A stretch of DNA of 64,000 nt. Origin: Eledone cirrhosa (lineage: Eukaryota). Made by a program: the position numbers and the translations under genes. Of this stretch, positions 27,560 to 40,374 are shown one piece after another (positions within the stretch are counted from its first letter, which is position 1; each line of letters starts with the position of its first letter). The notes under the pieces are model-generated. The model ran no database searches. It was not told where the DNA came from and worked only from the letters and a program-made list of their open reading frames with translations. The DNA is taken from NCBI GenBank assembly GCA_964016885.1, contig OZ024741.1:33790001-33854000 (forward strand). The letters are read 5' to 3'.

Positions 27560-29850
27560 ACTACAATAATTTCCATAAAAATCAACCTACAAACCCACAC
27601 AAAATAGACAAGCAGCAAACAACAGCTGCACTCAAAATAACATTTTCTTTTAGCACAAAGACAGAAACACCATGACACACGGTGGTTTCTACAAATGGGA
27701 AACCGAAGATAATCGACCTTTCAAAAACGTCATTGACAAACACCAAATCAGATAGAAGAAAGGGTCTGAAATTTACACACACACCACAAAAATCAAACTT
27801 CTCCCAAATGAAAAACGACATCACGGAATTTTGTCCTAAGCTCAGGCTAGCTGAATTATTCTCTGGAAACAATGACAATGGAGACGAATCACTAGCTAGA
27901 AATAAAAGTGATTTCTGTCCGAAGAAAGGAAGGATTAGTACTAGACTCCTACTGCACACACGTCCTGAATTTTCCCTTTTAAAAAATTGGAAACAGAAAC
28001 ACCAAATCAAATTTCTCAAAACATGAATGGAAGAACCTAATTGATTTACAAGAGAACACTGAAATCACTATTAAAGAAGCTGATAATGGTAGCATTGTTG
28101 TCATCGTGAATACAGACTACTATGAAGATCTGGCACTTAAAATGTTAGAAAACAACAGTTACTCTGAAAAACCACTCAGTTACAAACAATAAGAATAATG
28201 GAAAATATTTAAACCTTACTAAATAAGTACAGTAAAGACCTCATTATGAAGGACATCGACTACATAAGACACTTCAAATGGAAATGAAGCATATTTTATA
28301 GCCTACCAGAAATACACAAATGCAAACTGAGAAATGACGCTTGTAAAACCTCAACAAACAAATGCACCCAGTTAACACGTCCAGACGAATTAAAACTTGG
28401 GCCAATTATAGCAGGCTCTGCGTATGAAACACGTAGACTGAGTCAGTTCCTGGGCACCATTTTAAAGTCCTACATAAAACATATGCAAAGCTATATATGA
28501 GATGACTTAGACAAGCTGAATCATCCCCCCAAACTTTATACACGAACATACCCCATGACTATGGAATAACTGCAAATGAATATTGGCTAGACATACACCA
28601 ATCCGATTTACCGACACGCATCAAAAGGATTTCATCTTTGATGGACCCAAATTCATATTGCAAAACAATTACTTTTGTTTAACGGATCTGAACTGACAGA
28701 TATCAGGAACCGCAATGGGTACGAAAGTAGTTACTTCATACGCCAATTTAATCTTAGAATTCCATGAACAAAGGATTTATAGCCAATCACCACTACTGGT
28801 GATACATTTCACACACCACTACTGGAGATACATTTCACACACAACTAAAAAAGTACTTGGACAATTGCTTTGTCTTCTAGCTGGAAAACCTTGATACACT
28901 TACAGAATTCAAAAATATAAATAACCTTAACAGTAACATCCAATTTACGATGGGGTTTAATACCAAGGAACTAGCGTTTATAGATAGACAATTTCAAAAA
29001 CAAACGGATGAATAGAAACATACATTTCCTATAAACCCACGGGCACCAAACAGTACATTATATTTAAATCCATCCACCCAAAATACATGAAATTGAACAG
29101 TCCACTTAACATAACAAAAAGGATTTACACAATAGTATTGAACCCGATCAAACGTCAGCAAAAACTGAATGAATTAAAAAATATACTTACCCAAAGAGCA
29201 TTCCCACTGGGCATAATCACCAAGAGAATAGAAAGCTAAACTTAGATATCCAAGAACTAAAGACACCAAAAAATAAAACAAAGGAAAATGTTTTACCCTA
29301 TGTGTCAACCTTCAACCCCCAAAATATTGGAATGGTTGAGCACCTCCGTAAAAAACTTTCTACTCTATATCAAGATGAGAAAATAAAAACAAATTCTTGA
29401 ACCACTCAAAATTATCAAAAGTAAAAGACAGCCTAAAACACTAAAACATATCCTTACTCATACAAAAATCCACAAAGAAATCTCCAACCCCACTTTTATA
29501 AAATACAGAAAAACAAATTGTAGTATCTGCTTAATCTAAATTGAAAGACCACAATTCAATTTTAAGGATGGAAAAACCTTCAAAATAAAAGAAAATTCCA
29601 CCTGTAACTCAGAAAACTTAATAAATGTGATTACATATAAGTCGACGTCTGCAAAATTACACAGGACATGATGTAATATCATTATGCAAAATAATTACCA
29701 TTCATCGCCATCAAATCCGTAATGAAAACACAAGACAAATCTCCTTAAGTAGACACATTGCATTATGTGCTTGATTAGACTTACCCAACTTCACAAAGAA
29801 TAAATAAAAAAAAAGAATTCATTAAAAATATAAACCACAATTAAATATCT
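27560..29850 (+). mobile_element. Degenerate Penelope-like retroelement (RT plus GIY-YIG remnants)
   Basis: Manual translation shows GPIIAG (RPIIAG-like), GTAMGTK, KYLDNCF, YKPT..KQY and SKRQPK, with many stops and frameshifts; homologous to 36862-38240. Confidence 0.8.
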
Positions 29851-30244
29851 AACTGTCCCCTATTAGACAATAAATAGTGATCTATAGATGGGAATAACCA
29901 ATTTACACACACATCTAAACAAACCTATATATTTGCAACCAGACACACACACCACAAGATAAAAGGAAAAATCATAACCCCGAGAGGAAACCTCTACTAA
30001 TAAACTGTTGCTTTCTTTGTTTTTTTCTCTCCCTTTGTTTTCCTTCAAATCCTCAAGAAATAAATTCTTTGGCAAATCCCCCCCCCCCCCCACATCCACA
30101 CACAAGGATTCCTTTCTATCAGATTTATACATATAATTATATTTTTATTTTACTTCCCTTCCTTCTTTTATTCTTGCTTCTACCTACAAACCTTAAAAAT
30201 AAACTTAAATATACCCCTGTGCTTTTTCACTTTTACTTTTTATC

Positions 30245-30340
<96 letters not shown>

Positions 30341-30461
30341 TAATGGTAGCTAAGATGCTTCCATAGGCGGGATACCGGTTGAGCACTCTATGATCCTACG
30401 GAGCAGAGTATGAGAGAATTAAAAACGAAAAATCAGTGATGCATCGGAACTCAATTTATTG

Positions 30462-30551
30462 CGTATTACAATTGTTTCCCCGGCGAACAGCTCGAGGTGC
30501 GATCTGTGTATGGATCGACCTGACTCTGGATTCATAGGTTCCTCAGACATG
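30462..30551 (-). ncRNA. Hammerhead ribozyme with long stem II (left arm of palindrome)
   Basis: Minus strand: catgt-CTGAGGA-acc..~60 nt..ccggg-GAAA-caattg-TA-atacg. Confidence 0.7.
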
Positions 30552-30579
30552 TCTATTGATTTCGGAGCAGATCAATAGC

Positions 30580-30669
30580 CGTGTCTGAGGAACCTGTGAA
30601 TTCAGACTCAGGTCGATCCACACACAGATCTCACCTCTAGCTGTTCGCCGGGGAAACAATTGTAATACG
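30580..30669 (+). ncRNA. Hammerhead ribozyme with long stem II (right arm of palindrome)
   Basis: Stem I cgtgt/atacg; CTGAGGA 30585-30591; GAAA 30653-30656; palindromic stem III caattg; GUA. Confidence 0.75.
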
Positions 30670-30719
30670 CAATACATTGAGTTCCGATGCAACACTGATT
30701 TTTCGTTTTCCATTCTATG

Positions 30720-30752
<33 letters not shown>

Positions 30753-30816
30753 TTATCCCGGGTTCAATCGGGGGAAACCACAGTAAGTAAGGTACTCAAT
30801 ACAAAGCAGAGTATAA

Positions 30817-30926
30817 ATATTTAATGTAGAAAGGCTTCTACAGGACCAGAACTGTTTCAGGAAGCCTGATGATTTCTCCGGAATGAAACAGTTCTAGTCC
30901 TGTAGAAGCCTTTCTACATTAAATAT
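30817..30926. repeat. Fold-back hairpin with an HHR core (CTGATGA 30866, GAAA 30885, GUC) in its loop and right arm
   Basis: Arms atatttaatgtagaaaggcttctacagga / tcctgtagaagcctttctacattaaatat; same family at about 9933-10055 (+), 14305-14366 (-) and 57775-57908 (-). Confidence 0.8.
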
Positions 30927-31530
30927 ATATATATATTCGTGTATATGTACTCCGTTAATAATTTTCTCCACCAGTTCTACTTGTGTAAACTCTCTGGGTT
31001 TTTTGTTAGAATAAAACGCGGCTTCTGCATATGCACTCTCCCAGGGGCAGGTTGTAGCATAGAAACCGCGAGGTCCGGGGACGTTAATTAATTGTGTTCC
31101 TACACAACACCGTTTGTACCACTAACTAAGTAATTGAGTGTTAAGATAAGCGTTAGGGTTAGGTTTCGGGTTAGGGTTGAATTTGGGTTTAGGGTTAGTG
31201 TTAGTGTTTCTATCTATCCATCCACCTCTCTATCTTTTTATCTATCCTATGTTCCCATCTATCCATCTATTTAACTATATATTCATCTATCCTAGCTGTA
31301 TCTCTTTCCATTCATTTATTTCTCTATCAGTCTTTTGTTCCTACTTGCCTCCTCTTCTCTCTCGCTTTTTTTTTTCTTTTCTTCTACCCTCAGTTACAAC
31401 CAGAGTTATCTTTCTCGTGTTATTCTTATGTCATTTACATTTACTTTTGGTAAATTTATAAATCTATATCCATCTCACGTTCGATGGAAAAATATTCTTT
31501 CTTTTCTAGCTTTTTTTCCCCGTGTGGTTT

Positions 31531-31962
31531 TACTCTCGGGTCCCCAATAACAGGGGGGGGGGTAAACTGTGGGGGTACGCGGGGATGTAATAAATGGGGG
31601 TGGAATAAGCGCGGAAAGTTGGAATAAACGAGGGAGGTTGGAAAATTAGTAATGTTTTCTAGGTTGACTCCGTTGATTTAAAAAAAAACAGAATTAGTCG
31701 TTTATTGAGACACCAACCCATCTTATTTTATAACATATGAGATTTCTTGTGATGTACTTTTTTGTTATGTATAATGCTTTTTAATGTCTAAAGAAAATAA
31801 ATTGTCGCAGGAATGCTACTATTTAAAATAAAATTTCACGGAGATAGATTAGCAATTTTTAATAAGCGGTGGGGGGATACGGGTGTGGCGAGGTGTGGAA
31901 AAAATTGGAAAAATCAATAAGCCGGTGGGGGTGGGGCTGATTATTCGGGGGACCCGTGAATA
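31531..31962. mobile_element. MITE with terminal inverted repeats and TA ends
   Basis: tactctcgggtccccaataa ... ttattcgggggacccgtgaata. Confidence 0.6.
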
Positions 31963-32629
31963 TTTCGTCATTTCAGTTCAGAACTTATATTTAGAGAATC
32001 CACTAAAATAGAAAAGAATGGTAATTAACTGTTTAAAGAAATCATAACATTCTTTATTATGTCTGTATAAACTTGTTTTGTATATCGCCTTTATTTATTT
32101 CCTCTTCCAGTCACTTCTATGCCCCAACATACTCCTTGTCCTCCTATTTCAGTCATTTCTATATTCCGTCTGCCTGTCACCCACCTTGTGGATTGTCTCT
32201 ATGTTGACCACTGGCCGCTGGTCTCTGTCCTCTCAGGCATTTTTGTCCACCACTGTCTTTGACAGCATTTGGCTGTTTTAACGGCTTTTCTAGCGATGGG
32301 TTTTCTCATGTCTATATGAAATCAAATACACTCTCGTCTCCATCAGAAACATTGTTTTTTTCATTATCTTTATGTTTACTAAAATATGTCAATTGACGTT
32401 GGCTTTAAAACCTAGAAGTTTATTTTTTGCTGTAATTTCGATGCATATGGATTTTATTATCATACAACAAATATATAAGAATAAATAGCTCCGTTTCAAA
32501 GACGCTTGAAGGAGGGATATGAAGTGAATAGATCTGGACACCCAGAGATGGGAGGAGATTGCTAATGATCACCCATGATGGAGATGAGTACTGTGCAACA
32601 AAATGGAGTGAGGGGAGTAAAAAAGAACA

Positions 32630-35005
32630 ACACAGTAGCAGCGGAGGAGAACATCTTCAAGGGCAGTCACTGTATACAGGACTGCCACTTCTGTGTGGGC
32701 CTGTACAGCCACAGTAGCACTGGAAGAGAGCATCTACCAATGTAGCCGCTGTATACAGGAGTGCCACTTCTGTGTGGGCCTGTACAGCCACAGTAGCAGC
32801 GGAGGAGAACATCTTCAAGGGCAGTCACTGTATACAGGACTCCCACTTCTGTGTGGGCCTGTACAGCCACAGTAGCAGCGGAGGAGAGCATCTACCAATG
32901 TAGTCACTGTATACAGGACTGCCACTTCTGTGTGGGCCTGTACAGCCACAGTAGCACTGGAAGAGAGCATCTACCAATGTAGTCGCTGTATACAGGACTG
33001 CCACTTCTGTGTGGGCCTGTACAGCCACAGTAGCAGCGGAGGAGAGCATCTACCAATGTAGTCACTGTATACAGGACTGCCACTTCTGTGTGGGCCTGTA
33101 CAGCCACAGTAGCACTGGAAGAGAGCATCTACCAATGTAGTCGCTGTATACAGGACTGCCACTTCTGTGTGGGCCTGTACAGCCACAGTAGCACTGGAAG
33201 AGAGCATCTACCAATGTAGTCGCTGTATACAGGAGTGCCACTTCTGTGTGGGCCTGTACAGCCACAGTAGCACTGGAAGAGAGCATCTACCAATGTAGTC
33301 ACTGTATACAGGAGTGCCACTTCTGTGTGGGCCTGTACAGCCACAGTAGCACTGGAAGAGAGCATCTACCAATGTAGTCACTGTATACAGGAGTGCCACT
33401 TCTGTGTGGGCCTGTACAGCCACAGTAGCACTGGAAGAGAGCATCTACCAATGTAGTCACTGTATACAGGAGTGCCACTTCTGTGTGGGCCTGTACAGCC
33501 ACAGTAGCACTGGAAGAGAGCATCTACCAATGTAGTCACTGTATACAGGAGTGCCACTTCTGTGTGGGCCTGTACAGCCACAGTAGCACTGGAAGAGAGC
33601 ATCTACCAATGTAGTCACTGTATACAGGAGTGCCACTTCTGTGTGGGCCTGTACAGCCACAGTAGCACTGGAAGAGAGCATCTACCAATGTAGTCACTGT
33701 ATACAGGAGTGCCACTTCTGTGTGGGCCTGTACAGCCACAGTAGCACTGGAAGAGAGCATCTACCAATGTAGTCACTGTATACAGGAGTGCCACTTCTGT
33801 GTGGGCCTGTACAGCCACAGTAGCACTGGAAGAGAGCATCTACCAATGTAGCCGCTGTATACAGGAGTGCCACTTCTGTGTGGGCCTGTACAGCCACAGT
33901 AGCAGCGGAGGAGAACATCTTCAAGGGCAGTCACTGTATACAGGACTCCCACTTCTGTGTGGGCCTGTACAGCCACAGTAGCAGCGGAGGAGAGCATCTA
34001 CCAATGTAGTCACTGTATACAGGACTGCCACTTCTGTGTGGGCCTGTACAGCCACAGTAGCACTGGAAGAGAGCATCTACCAATGTAGTCGCTGTATACA
34101 GGACTGCCACTTCTGTGTGGGCCTGTACAGCCACAGTAGCAGCGGAGGAGAGCATCTACCAATGTAGTCACTGTATACAGGACTGCCACTTCTGTGTGGG
34201 CCTGTACAGCCACAGTAGCACTGGAAGAGAGCATCTACCAATGTAGTCGCTGTATACAGGACTGCCACTTCTGTGTGGGCCTGTACAGCCACAGTAGCAC
34301 TGGAAGAGAGCATCTACCAATGTAGTCGCTGTATACAGGAGTGCCACTTCTGTGTGGGCCTGTACAGCCACAGTAGCACTGGAAGAGAGCATCTACCAAT
34401 GTAGTCACTGTATACAGGAGTGCCACTTCTGTGTGGGCCTGTACAGCCACAGTAGCACTGGAAGAGAGCATCTACCAATGTAGTCACTGTATACAGGAGT
34501 GCCACTTCTGTGTGGGCCTGTACAGCCACAGTAGCACTGGAAGAGAGCATCTACCAATGTAGTCACTGTATACAGGAGTGCCACTTCTGTGTGGGCCTGT
34601 ACAGCCACAGTAGCACTGGAAGAGAGCATCTACCAATGTAGTCACTGTATACAGGAGTGCCACTTCTGTGTGGGCCTGTACAGCCACAGTAGCACTGGAA
34701 GAGAGCATCTACCAATGTAGTCACTGTATACAGGAGTGCCACTTCTGTGTGGGCCTGTACAGCCACAGTAGCACTGGAAGAGAGCATCTACCAATGTAGT
34801 CACTGTATACAGGAGTGCCACTTCTGTGTGGGCCTTTACAGCCACAGTAGCACTGGAAGAGAGCATCTACCAATGTAGCCGCTGTATACAGGACTGCCAC
34901 TTCTGTATGGGCCTGTACAGCCACAGTAGCACTGGAAGAGAGCATCTACCAATGTAGTCGCTGTATACAAAACTGCCACTTCTGTGTGGGCCTGTACAAC
35001 CACAG
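32630..35005. repeat. 79-bp satellite, about 30 copies
   Basis: Unit cagtagcactggaagagagcatctaccaatgtagtcactgtatacaggagtgccacttctgtgtgggcctgtacagcca; ORF starts step by 79 bp. Confidence 0.97.
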
Positions 35006-36169
35006 TTGACACTGCACCGCCATCAGCAGCTGACACAAAATTCTCCAGGCGCAGATTCATGGTCTTTTTAGAATGCCGGATGCCAATAACAACATATAAT
35101 CAATTAATTACTGTAGGGAACCTTATAAATATAATACACAAAAATATATAATCAAAGCGAGAAAAAGAAGAAAAAAAACATCAATTCAACAGCCAAGAGC
35201 GTCAATTTTTGAAGCAAGCCAACATGCTCACAGCATTACCTCAGGTGATGCCGAGGCTAAGGCGCTGAAACAACCAAGCACCCTCGCGGGCATCACCTGA
35301 TACCTAGGTAAGGCGAGCCACTAGTAATGACAAGAACTTTGCCATCAACGGCCCAGCTCCTCCAAACGTCTTAAACATTACAGACGTAGAAATTCTCTTG
35401 AAGCTGTCAATATCTACCCTGACTAACCTCCTGACTACTGAAACATCTTTGTGGCATATTCCTTATTGGATCTGTATTAATATGTAAGGTTATACATCGA
35501 CATTTTAAAAATATCATTTTTCGTTCATCTCTTTGTTTTGATAATGTTCAATAATGTTAAAAATTGAAGAAAAAAAATTAAAACACTATGGGCATGTGGT
35601 TAGAATGTCTCAGGAAAGAATCACTGAACAGATTTTATGGTCAAAACCAACTGGAAGGAACCCCAGGGGTAGACTCTGAGCAAGATGGTTGGATAACATC
35701 CATGAGCTTGGCTGGTCTCGCTTGGGATTCCAGCCGGATCAGTTAGAGACAGTTGCTTCTGACAGGACCCACTGGAAAGAGTTTTGGGCGACTCTGCCTC
35801 CACGACCCTCTCAAGAATAAGTGGGCAAAGAAGAAGAAAAAAAAACAGAAAGAAATAAAGAACAAATTTTCTGAAAGTAAAAATATTGCTTTAATACATT
35901 TTACTGCTTCGTTTTCCTTTATAGAGTAACAGAAGGGAAAAGGGAAGAAAAAATAAAATCGATATTTTTCTCTTTTCTCTTTTCTTCCCTTTTCCCTTCT
36001 GTTATCCTATATTTTCTTTCTCTCTCTCCTTTGTTTTCCCAATAACTTACCTTAGTTATTGAACGCACTGGGGCGAGATATATTGTCTTTAATGCGTAGA
36101 AATATCCGAGACCCCCAGCAGACAACTGATGAAAGAAAACTTTCTTCCGTTCATGCTTTCTTCTTATTT

Positions 36170-36317
<148 letters not shown>

Positions 36318-36399
36318 TAAAAGGAATTCCAACTTTGTCTGATTTACTCGTTTTATTTACAATCCTTTAAAATTATAATGATATTATAATGAAATAGTA

Positions 36400-38240
36400 T
36401 GGTAGAATATTAAATGTTAAGTGTTAATTGAACAAGTACTTTCATGCTTTTGCAATCTTCAGGTTCATATTCAGTGGTGACAGTCAAGTTGGCAATTTTC
36501 AACTGTAATGAGATGGCTAAAAACTGTGCCTTATATACAGTAAAAAGGGGCTACAGAATGCTAAGTTTTGCAAACTGTATTTCGACCAATCGGTGTGTAG
36601 TTTCACTAGATTACTAAAGCTGATTGGTTTAGGCGTCACGGTTGGTTGAGCATGTCTAACGACTTCTATTTGACCCATCAATTGTTTTGCTATTTTTAGA
36701 AATGATGAAAATAGCATTTTCTACAGTTTTTATAAAAAATCTTCAGTAATCATCACCATCAACATCACTTTTATTATTATTATTATTGTTGTAGTTGTTA
36801 GTGGTGGTAGTCGACATGGTCGTAGGCGTAGTCATAGTAGAAGTAATACCACTAAGCATTGTTATTGTTCATTTAGCTTGGGTTGGAATTTATCAATAAA
36901 ATTCTTTTCTTTAATTTTTCTCTTGATTTCACTTGGGCTGTGTAATTTGTAGAATGGAAATATTATAAATATTTTCTGACCACATGTTGCTAGATGGTTA
37001 CTCAGGGGTATCTGACGGACATTTGGGTCTCTGATTTGCTGTCGGTGCACCCGTGCACGTTCCGAGAGTGCATTTCCAGTTTGACCGACAATTCGGGCAT
37101 TTAATGCAGTAAATTAGATTTCTGCTTTTGCAGTTCATATTTGCATTTGGGAATATTTTTCCAGTTGCTGTGTTCATATATTGACCAGTGTGTATGGATT
37201 GACATGTGCCACATCGACTATCATTGCGTTTAGATACAGTGAATGATTGGTCTTTGTTGTTGAGGTCAAACTTTGCCTTTGTTAGTAATTGCTTCACATT
37301 TTTCGGCTGTCTTTTACTAAGAGTCAAAGATCGGTCTGTGATTAAACCTTTTAATTCATTACTTTGAGCAATGATCGGTAGGTTTGCTTTGGCAGTGTTG
37401 AAGATATTCTGGTGACATGGGTTGTTTGTCATTATAAATGGTATGACCAGTTTTTGGTTTCTTCTTCCTTGGGTTGTCCTAAGTTGTTGTATAGGTATTT
37501 TTATAGCCCGCTGTATGCCATTTTCTATAAGTAGAGATGGGTATTTTTGTTTGAGCAAAACTTCTCTTAGTTCTGTTAGGCGTTTGTTCCTGGTATTCGT
37601 ATCTTCTACAATGGTACAAATTCTTCTTGCTAGGCAGTATGGGATGTTGCGTTTTGTATGAGGTGGATGGCACAACTTAAGATTCAGATATTGATGGGTG
37701 TTTGTGTGTTTATAGTATATATCCGTGGTAATGGTGGTGTCGTTTTTGATTACCATTATATCTAGGAATTGTAATTTGGTACTACTCATCTCTTTTGTGA
37801 ATTGGAGAGATGGGTGTAGGTTATTCAGGAGGATATTGAACTCATCAAGAGTATCTAGAGATTCTGTCCAGATGATGAAACAGTCGTCAAGGTATTTCTT
37901 CCAAGACTTTTCAATGTACTTTCTAAATTCAGTGCTATATTTTTCCTCTATTTCTTGGTAGAGTTGTTGTTCTAAATATCCCATTACAGAGTTCGCGTAA
38001 ACGGGAGCAAACTTCATTCCCATCGCTGTGCCTCTAATTTGGATGTAATTCTTTCCATTGAAGAAGAAAGTGTTGTTTTACAGAATAAGTTTGACAGCGT
38101 CAAATATAAATGGCGCTGTGAATCTGGTGGGAATCACTTCTCTATGTTTTTCCACCCAGTATTTAACCGCCTTTATTCCTAAATCATGTGTAATGTTGGT
38201 GTAAAGGCTTACCACATCAAAACTAAGTAGAAGTGAATTT
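36400..38240 (-). mobile_element. Penelope-like retroelement, 5'-truncated (RT, GIY-YIG, 3' HHR)
   Basis: ORF 36998..38023 with (GTA)MGMKFAP, KYLDDCF, LQFLDI, YYKHTNTHQYL, CGTC and NLIYCIKCPNC; the frameshifted end (36862..37050) has RKIKEKNFIDKFQPKLN. Confidence 0.92.
36429..36467 (-). ncRNA. Minimal type I hammerhead ribozyme
   Basis: Minus strand tgaac-CTGAAGA-ttgcaaaagcat-GAAA-gtac-TT-gttca; lies 3' of the minus-strand PLE. Confidence 0.85.
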
Positions 38241-38342
38241 TAAAGGATTGTAAATAAAATGAGTAAATCAGACAAAGTTGGAATTCCTTTTATTAATATA
38301 ATCTTCTATACACAATCATACACACTCGTGTATATTTATTTA

Positions 38343-38798
<456 letters not shown>

Positions 38799-39069
38799 TA
38801 ATATCTGTGGTGGTAATCATGCTCTCAAAATCATCACTTAACAACTCACTAACATATTCATATAGGAGAGAAGCCATATCATTGTGATATCTGAGGTAAA
38901 TCATTCCCTCAAAATAATGAGTCAACTAAATTACTAACATATTCATATAGGAGAGAAGCCATATCATTGTGATATCTGAGGTAAATCATTCCCTCAAAAT
39001 AATGTGTCAACTAAATTACTAACATATTCAAAGAAATGTATTTAGAAAGCAGCAAGCGAAGTTCGGAAA

Positions 39070-39330
39070 TTGAAATAGAAATAGAAGGCTTTGCTGTAAC
39101 ATTTGACTAAATAATATAGTCTAATAACAGGGTGTATAAACCCAATGAAGGGGAAAAGATGGGTAACTCATGTGTGCTGATGGGTATCTCATGTGTGCTG
39201 ATGGGTATCTCATGTGTGCTGATGGGTATCTCATCTTTTTCCGTTCAGTGGGTTTATAGGCCCTGTTATTAGACTATTTTATTTAGTCAAATGTTATGGC
39301 GAAGCTCTCTATATTTATTTCTATTTTCAC
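39070..39330. repeat. Inverted repeat (~95-bp arms) enclosing 3-4 copies of a 21-bp unit
   Basis: taacatttgactaaataa..tagtctaataacaggg / ccctgttattagacta..ttatttagtcaaatgtta; centre gatgggtatctcatgtgtgct repeated. Confidence 0.85.
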
Positions 39331-39493
39331 TAACATAAGGCATTAGGAAGGACATCCAGCTGTAGAAACCAAGCCAAAATCAGTCCAGTTTGAGCAAGAC
39401 ATGGTCATCTGTTCTGGCTTGGCTCACATCTGGAAACCTCGTCTAACCCATGCTAGCGTGGAAAAATGGACATTAAACGGTGATGATGATGAC

Positions 39494-39526
<33 letters not shown>

Positions 39527-39689
39527 ACATTTTAACTAAACAGGAAACATTTTTTCACGCTCAGAGTTACTGAAGCATGGAACAAACTACCTACATCAGT
39601 TGTCAGCTGTCGGGACACTGCATCCTTCAAAACTTCCATGCATCCATGAATTCGCCAACATTACACCTGATATTCTCCCTCCATAAAAA

Positions 39690-40372
39690 CAAGACAAACC
39701 TGAAAGTACAGGGGAGACGGGGAGAAATACCAAATAACTAGAAGAGAGGCCAAGTGGCAGGTATACTTAGCACGGACAGAGGCAGAAAAGAAGACGTTCT
39801 CTCATGTTCTGTATCATAAAAATTAAAGCCGTGAAGTGTTTTAGATTGCTAGACAGTGTGTTAGAGAAATCCATGATGTTGTTGGGGAAATTGCATTCAA
39901 AATGACAGTGTAGCATTTGCCTTGTTTGATGATGAAAAGAAGAAAGCGTGGAAGACTTACTATGAGAGACTGCTGAATGAAGAGAATAACTGAGACAGCA
40001 AGGGGCTACTCCATGCAGACCTAACTGAGGGACCAGCTATAAAAGTTGACAACAGTGAGGTAGATAAAGCAATTAAAGACATGAAGGTGGGGAAGCAGCT
40101 GGACTAACTGGTATAGTTGCTGAGATGATATCTGGCATGGTAGGATATGTGCTAGTCAGATATGTAATTAATCAAGTAGTAAAGGAAGGGATCATACCCA
40201 ATGTCAGGCGCAGCAGTATCATTGCAAATTGCTACAAGGTCAAAGGAGATGAGAACTGCAATGCTACATGGCAGTGAAACATGGGCCTTAACTGCAGAAG
40301 ACCTGTGAAGGCTGGAGAGAAATAAAGTGAGTATGCTCCGATGAATGTGAAATGTTAACGTGCATAAACAAC
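39690..40372 (+). mobile_element. Degenerate RTE LINE fragments
   Basis: Homology to 12354-14270 (tgctacaagg..aaaggagatg; atggcagtgaaacatgggc) with internal deletion. Confidence 0.7.
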
Positions 40373-40374
40373 GT

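Noticed and set aside
31152-31206. Interstitial telomere (TTAGGG-like)
   Set aside because: Only a few degenerate units; such short tracts are common inside invertebrate repeats.
32078-32281. Possible exon after the cctcttccag acceptor
   Set aside because: No recognisable protein similarity and no convincing donor site.
32630-35005. CRISPR-like array
   Set aside because: Units are contiguous and near-identical with no unique spacers; eukaryotic context and no cas genes.
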